Source: Candidatus Calescamantes bacterium (GTDB lineage: Bacteria > CAIJMQ01 > JAADFP01). From it: 64,000 nucleotides of DNA. The notes under the pieces were generated by a model, which was not told the origin of the DNA, did not search any database, and saw nothing but the letters and a program-made list of their open reading frames with translations. Shown here in pieces: positions 62,574-64,000 of the stretch. The stretch covers positions 1,017 through 65,016 of the forward strand of contig JAGGYA010000010.1 of the NCBI GenBank assembly GCA_021162785.1, read 5' to 3'. A program made the position numbers and the translations under genes. Position 1 is the stretch's first letter; every line of letters starts with the position of its first letter.

Positions 62574-63988
62574 AAAAAATTTCAATTCTTCAAATTTTCC
62601 CTGTTTTTCTTCTCTTAATCCTTCCCCTTATAATATTTCCTTATTTAAACCCAGAGGTCCTCAAACCACTTATAGGTGAAATAGCTGTCCTCCTGCTTTT
62701 AATCCTTCAACTTTTCTTTTTTTTGAAGAAAAAAGAGATTAACTTCCCTTCTTTATTTCATCCCTTTTTGCTCCCCTTTGCCTTTGTTTATTTCTTACTT
62801 ATGGGTCTTAAAGGCGTTTCCATATTTGCTCATCCAGAGGGATATTTGCCCCTTTTTTATATCTTATTTTTGGGTCTTAATCCCAAGATTCCTACTTGCT
62901 GTAAAGAAGGAATAATAATAATTAGTGGTGTAGTGGCAATTATTGGAATAATAGAAAAGATATATTCTCTTCCAGGAGAATGGAAATTAAAATTTCCTGA
63001 AGGTATTGTCTCCACTTTAGGGAATCCCAATACACTGGGAGGATATTTAGCCTGTTTTTTACCCTTAAGCTTTTCCGTAGTTTTGAAAAGAAAGATCTAC
63101 TTTTTAATAAGTTTAGCCATGGTTTTGGCTCTTTTCTTTTCAAAATCTGAAGGAGCTTTCTTGGCACTTTTTACTGGCTTCTGGATAAACTGGTTAACGA
63201 TAAGTAAGAAAAAGAAGAAACCCTTCCTAATAGGTGTTTTCTTTATTTTCCTGCTATTTCTCTATTTTAAATATCGTTTGCCTCCTATTTCTTATTGGTG
63301 GAGAATCTTTCACTGGAAGGTGGGTTGGAGAATGTTTTGTGAAAAACCCCTTTTTGGGTGGGGATTGGGTAAGACTCTGTTTATATACCCTCTCTATCAA
63401 AAAGAAATTCGGAACTCTTTCCCTTATCCTCCTCCTATAATTCGGGAAAGATATCTTCACAACGATTATCTTCAGATTTTAGTGGAGACGGGAATTTTAG
63501 GCTGGTGTCTATGGATGGGAGTTTTAGTTGGTTTGTTTTATTCTATAAAAACCAATAAGAAAAATTTTTTGGAATTAGTCTCTCTCTCCACTTGGATGGC
63601 CTTAGGCATTATTAGTTTCCCTGTTTATAATCCTTCTTTGACTTTTCCTCTTTTGCTTTACTTCTCTTCTTCCTTTAGAGAAAAAAAGGTAAAGTTGAAA
63701 AAATGGTATCTCCCAATTATTATTCTCTTTATACTTTTCTCCCTTTCTACTTTAAGTATATGCAAAGTATTATTCTCGCAATACTACTATCTTAAAGGAA
63801 TACACCTATTGGAGAGAAACGAAAAAGAATTAGGGGAGTCACTCCTTTTAAAATCTATAAAAATTAATCCCTCTTCTCCCTATCCCTACCATGCCCTTTA
63901 CATCCTCTATAAAGAAAGGCACAACGATGAGAAGGCTCAGTTTTTTAAAAAAGAAGCAGAGAGCAGGGGTATTTTTTACCAAAAATAG
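62570..63988 (+). CDS. O-antigen ligase-like (Wzy_C) polytopic membrane protein with C-terminal TPR
   Basis: 472 aa; >10 TM helices; Wzy_C motif around ...RYLHNDYLQILVETGILG...; C-terminal TPR-like helices. Confidence 0.65.
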   Translation: MKKISILQIFPVFLLLILPLIIFPYLNPEVLKPLIGEIAVLLLLILQLFFFLKKKEINFPSLFHPFLLPFAFVYFLLMGLKGVSIFAHPEGYLPLFYILFLGLNPKIPTCCKEGIIIISGVVAIIGIIEKIYSLPGEWKLKFPEGIVSTLGNPNTLGGYLACFLPLSFSVVLKRKIYFLISLAMVLALFFSKSEGAFLALFTGFWINWLTISKKKKKPFLIGVFFIFLLFLYFKYRLPPISYWWRIFHWKVGWRMFCEKPLFGWGLGKTLFIYPLYQKEIRNSFPYPPPIIRERYLHNDYLQILVETGILGWCLWMGVLVGLFYSIKTNKKNFLELVSLSTWMALGIISFPVYNPSLTFPLLLYFSSSFREKKVKLKKWYLPIIILFILFSLSTLSICKVLFSQYYYLKGIHLLERNEKELGESLLLKSIKINPSSPYPYHALYILYKERHNDEKAQFFKKEAESRGIFYQK

Positions 63989-64000
63989 TAAAATAATGTA

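Noticed and set aside
1-64000. CRISPR arrays, rRNA genes, IS/transposase or integrase genes
   Set aside because: I found no short regularly spaced direct repeats, no 16S/23S/5S-like sequence, and no DDE/tyrosine-recombinase-like ORFs. The only dispersed repeat seen is the 115-bp pair around the TA cassette.

Overview
This window reads as a low-GC (~40%) bacterial chromosome segment, most likely from a thermophilic, anaerobic diderm (many Zn-ribbon forms of r-proteins, K/E/I-rich proteins, FadL-type outer-membrane protein, type IV pilus genes). The core is a ~29 kb single-strand super-operon: tRNA-Thr/Tyr/Gly/Thr, rpmG, tRNA-Trp, secE, nusG, rplKAJL, an in-frame fused rpoB-rpoC gene (2595 aa), rpsL, rpsG, fusA, tuf, S10-spc-alpha r-protein genes, secY, adk, infA, rpmJ, rpsMKD, rpoA and rplQ. 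It ends in an orphan ferredoxin-fused etfA. Upstream lie pdhAB (E1 alpha 3' end and E1 beta), a TPR gene, a translationally coupled pair (eRF1/Pelota-like baeRF protein plus a membrane SDH/ClpP-fold serine protease), then pdxJ and nnr. Downstream lie a HEPN/MNT (HepT/MntA-type) toxin-antitoxin pair bracketed by two ~115-bp direct repeats, a GH130 phosphorylase plus a LacD-like class I aldolase, tRNA-Leu, a FadL-like outer-membrane protein and fhs. These are followed by an AmrS-type radical SAM gene overlapping an archaemetzincin, an HPS::RraA-like fusion, a large TPR lipoprotein-like gene, orphan iorA, acyP, a metallo-beta-lactamase (MBL) hydrolase, trkH and an M42 peptidase. A DNA-repair cluster follows: DnaQ-like exonuclease, Ski2/Hel308-like helicase, fpg, and a PriA homolog whose ATPase motifs are all degenerate. 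The window ends with pilM-pilN (fused), pilO, a PilP-like gene and a Wzy_C/TPR membrane protein. I found no CRISPR arrays, rRNA genes or transposases. The most system-like novelty is the baeRF-protease pair. The rpoBC fusion, the helicase-dead PriA, the repeat-flanked TA cassette and the HPS::RraA fusion are the next most notable.
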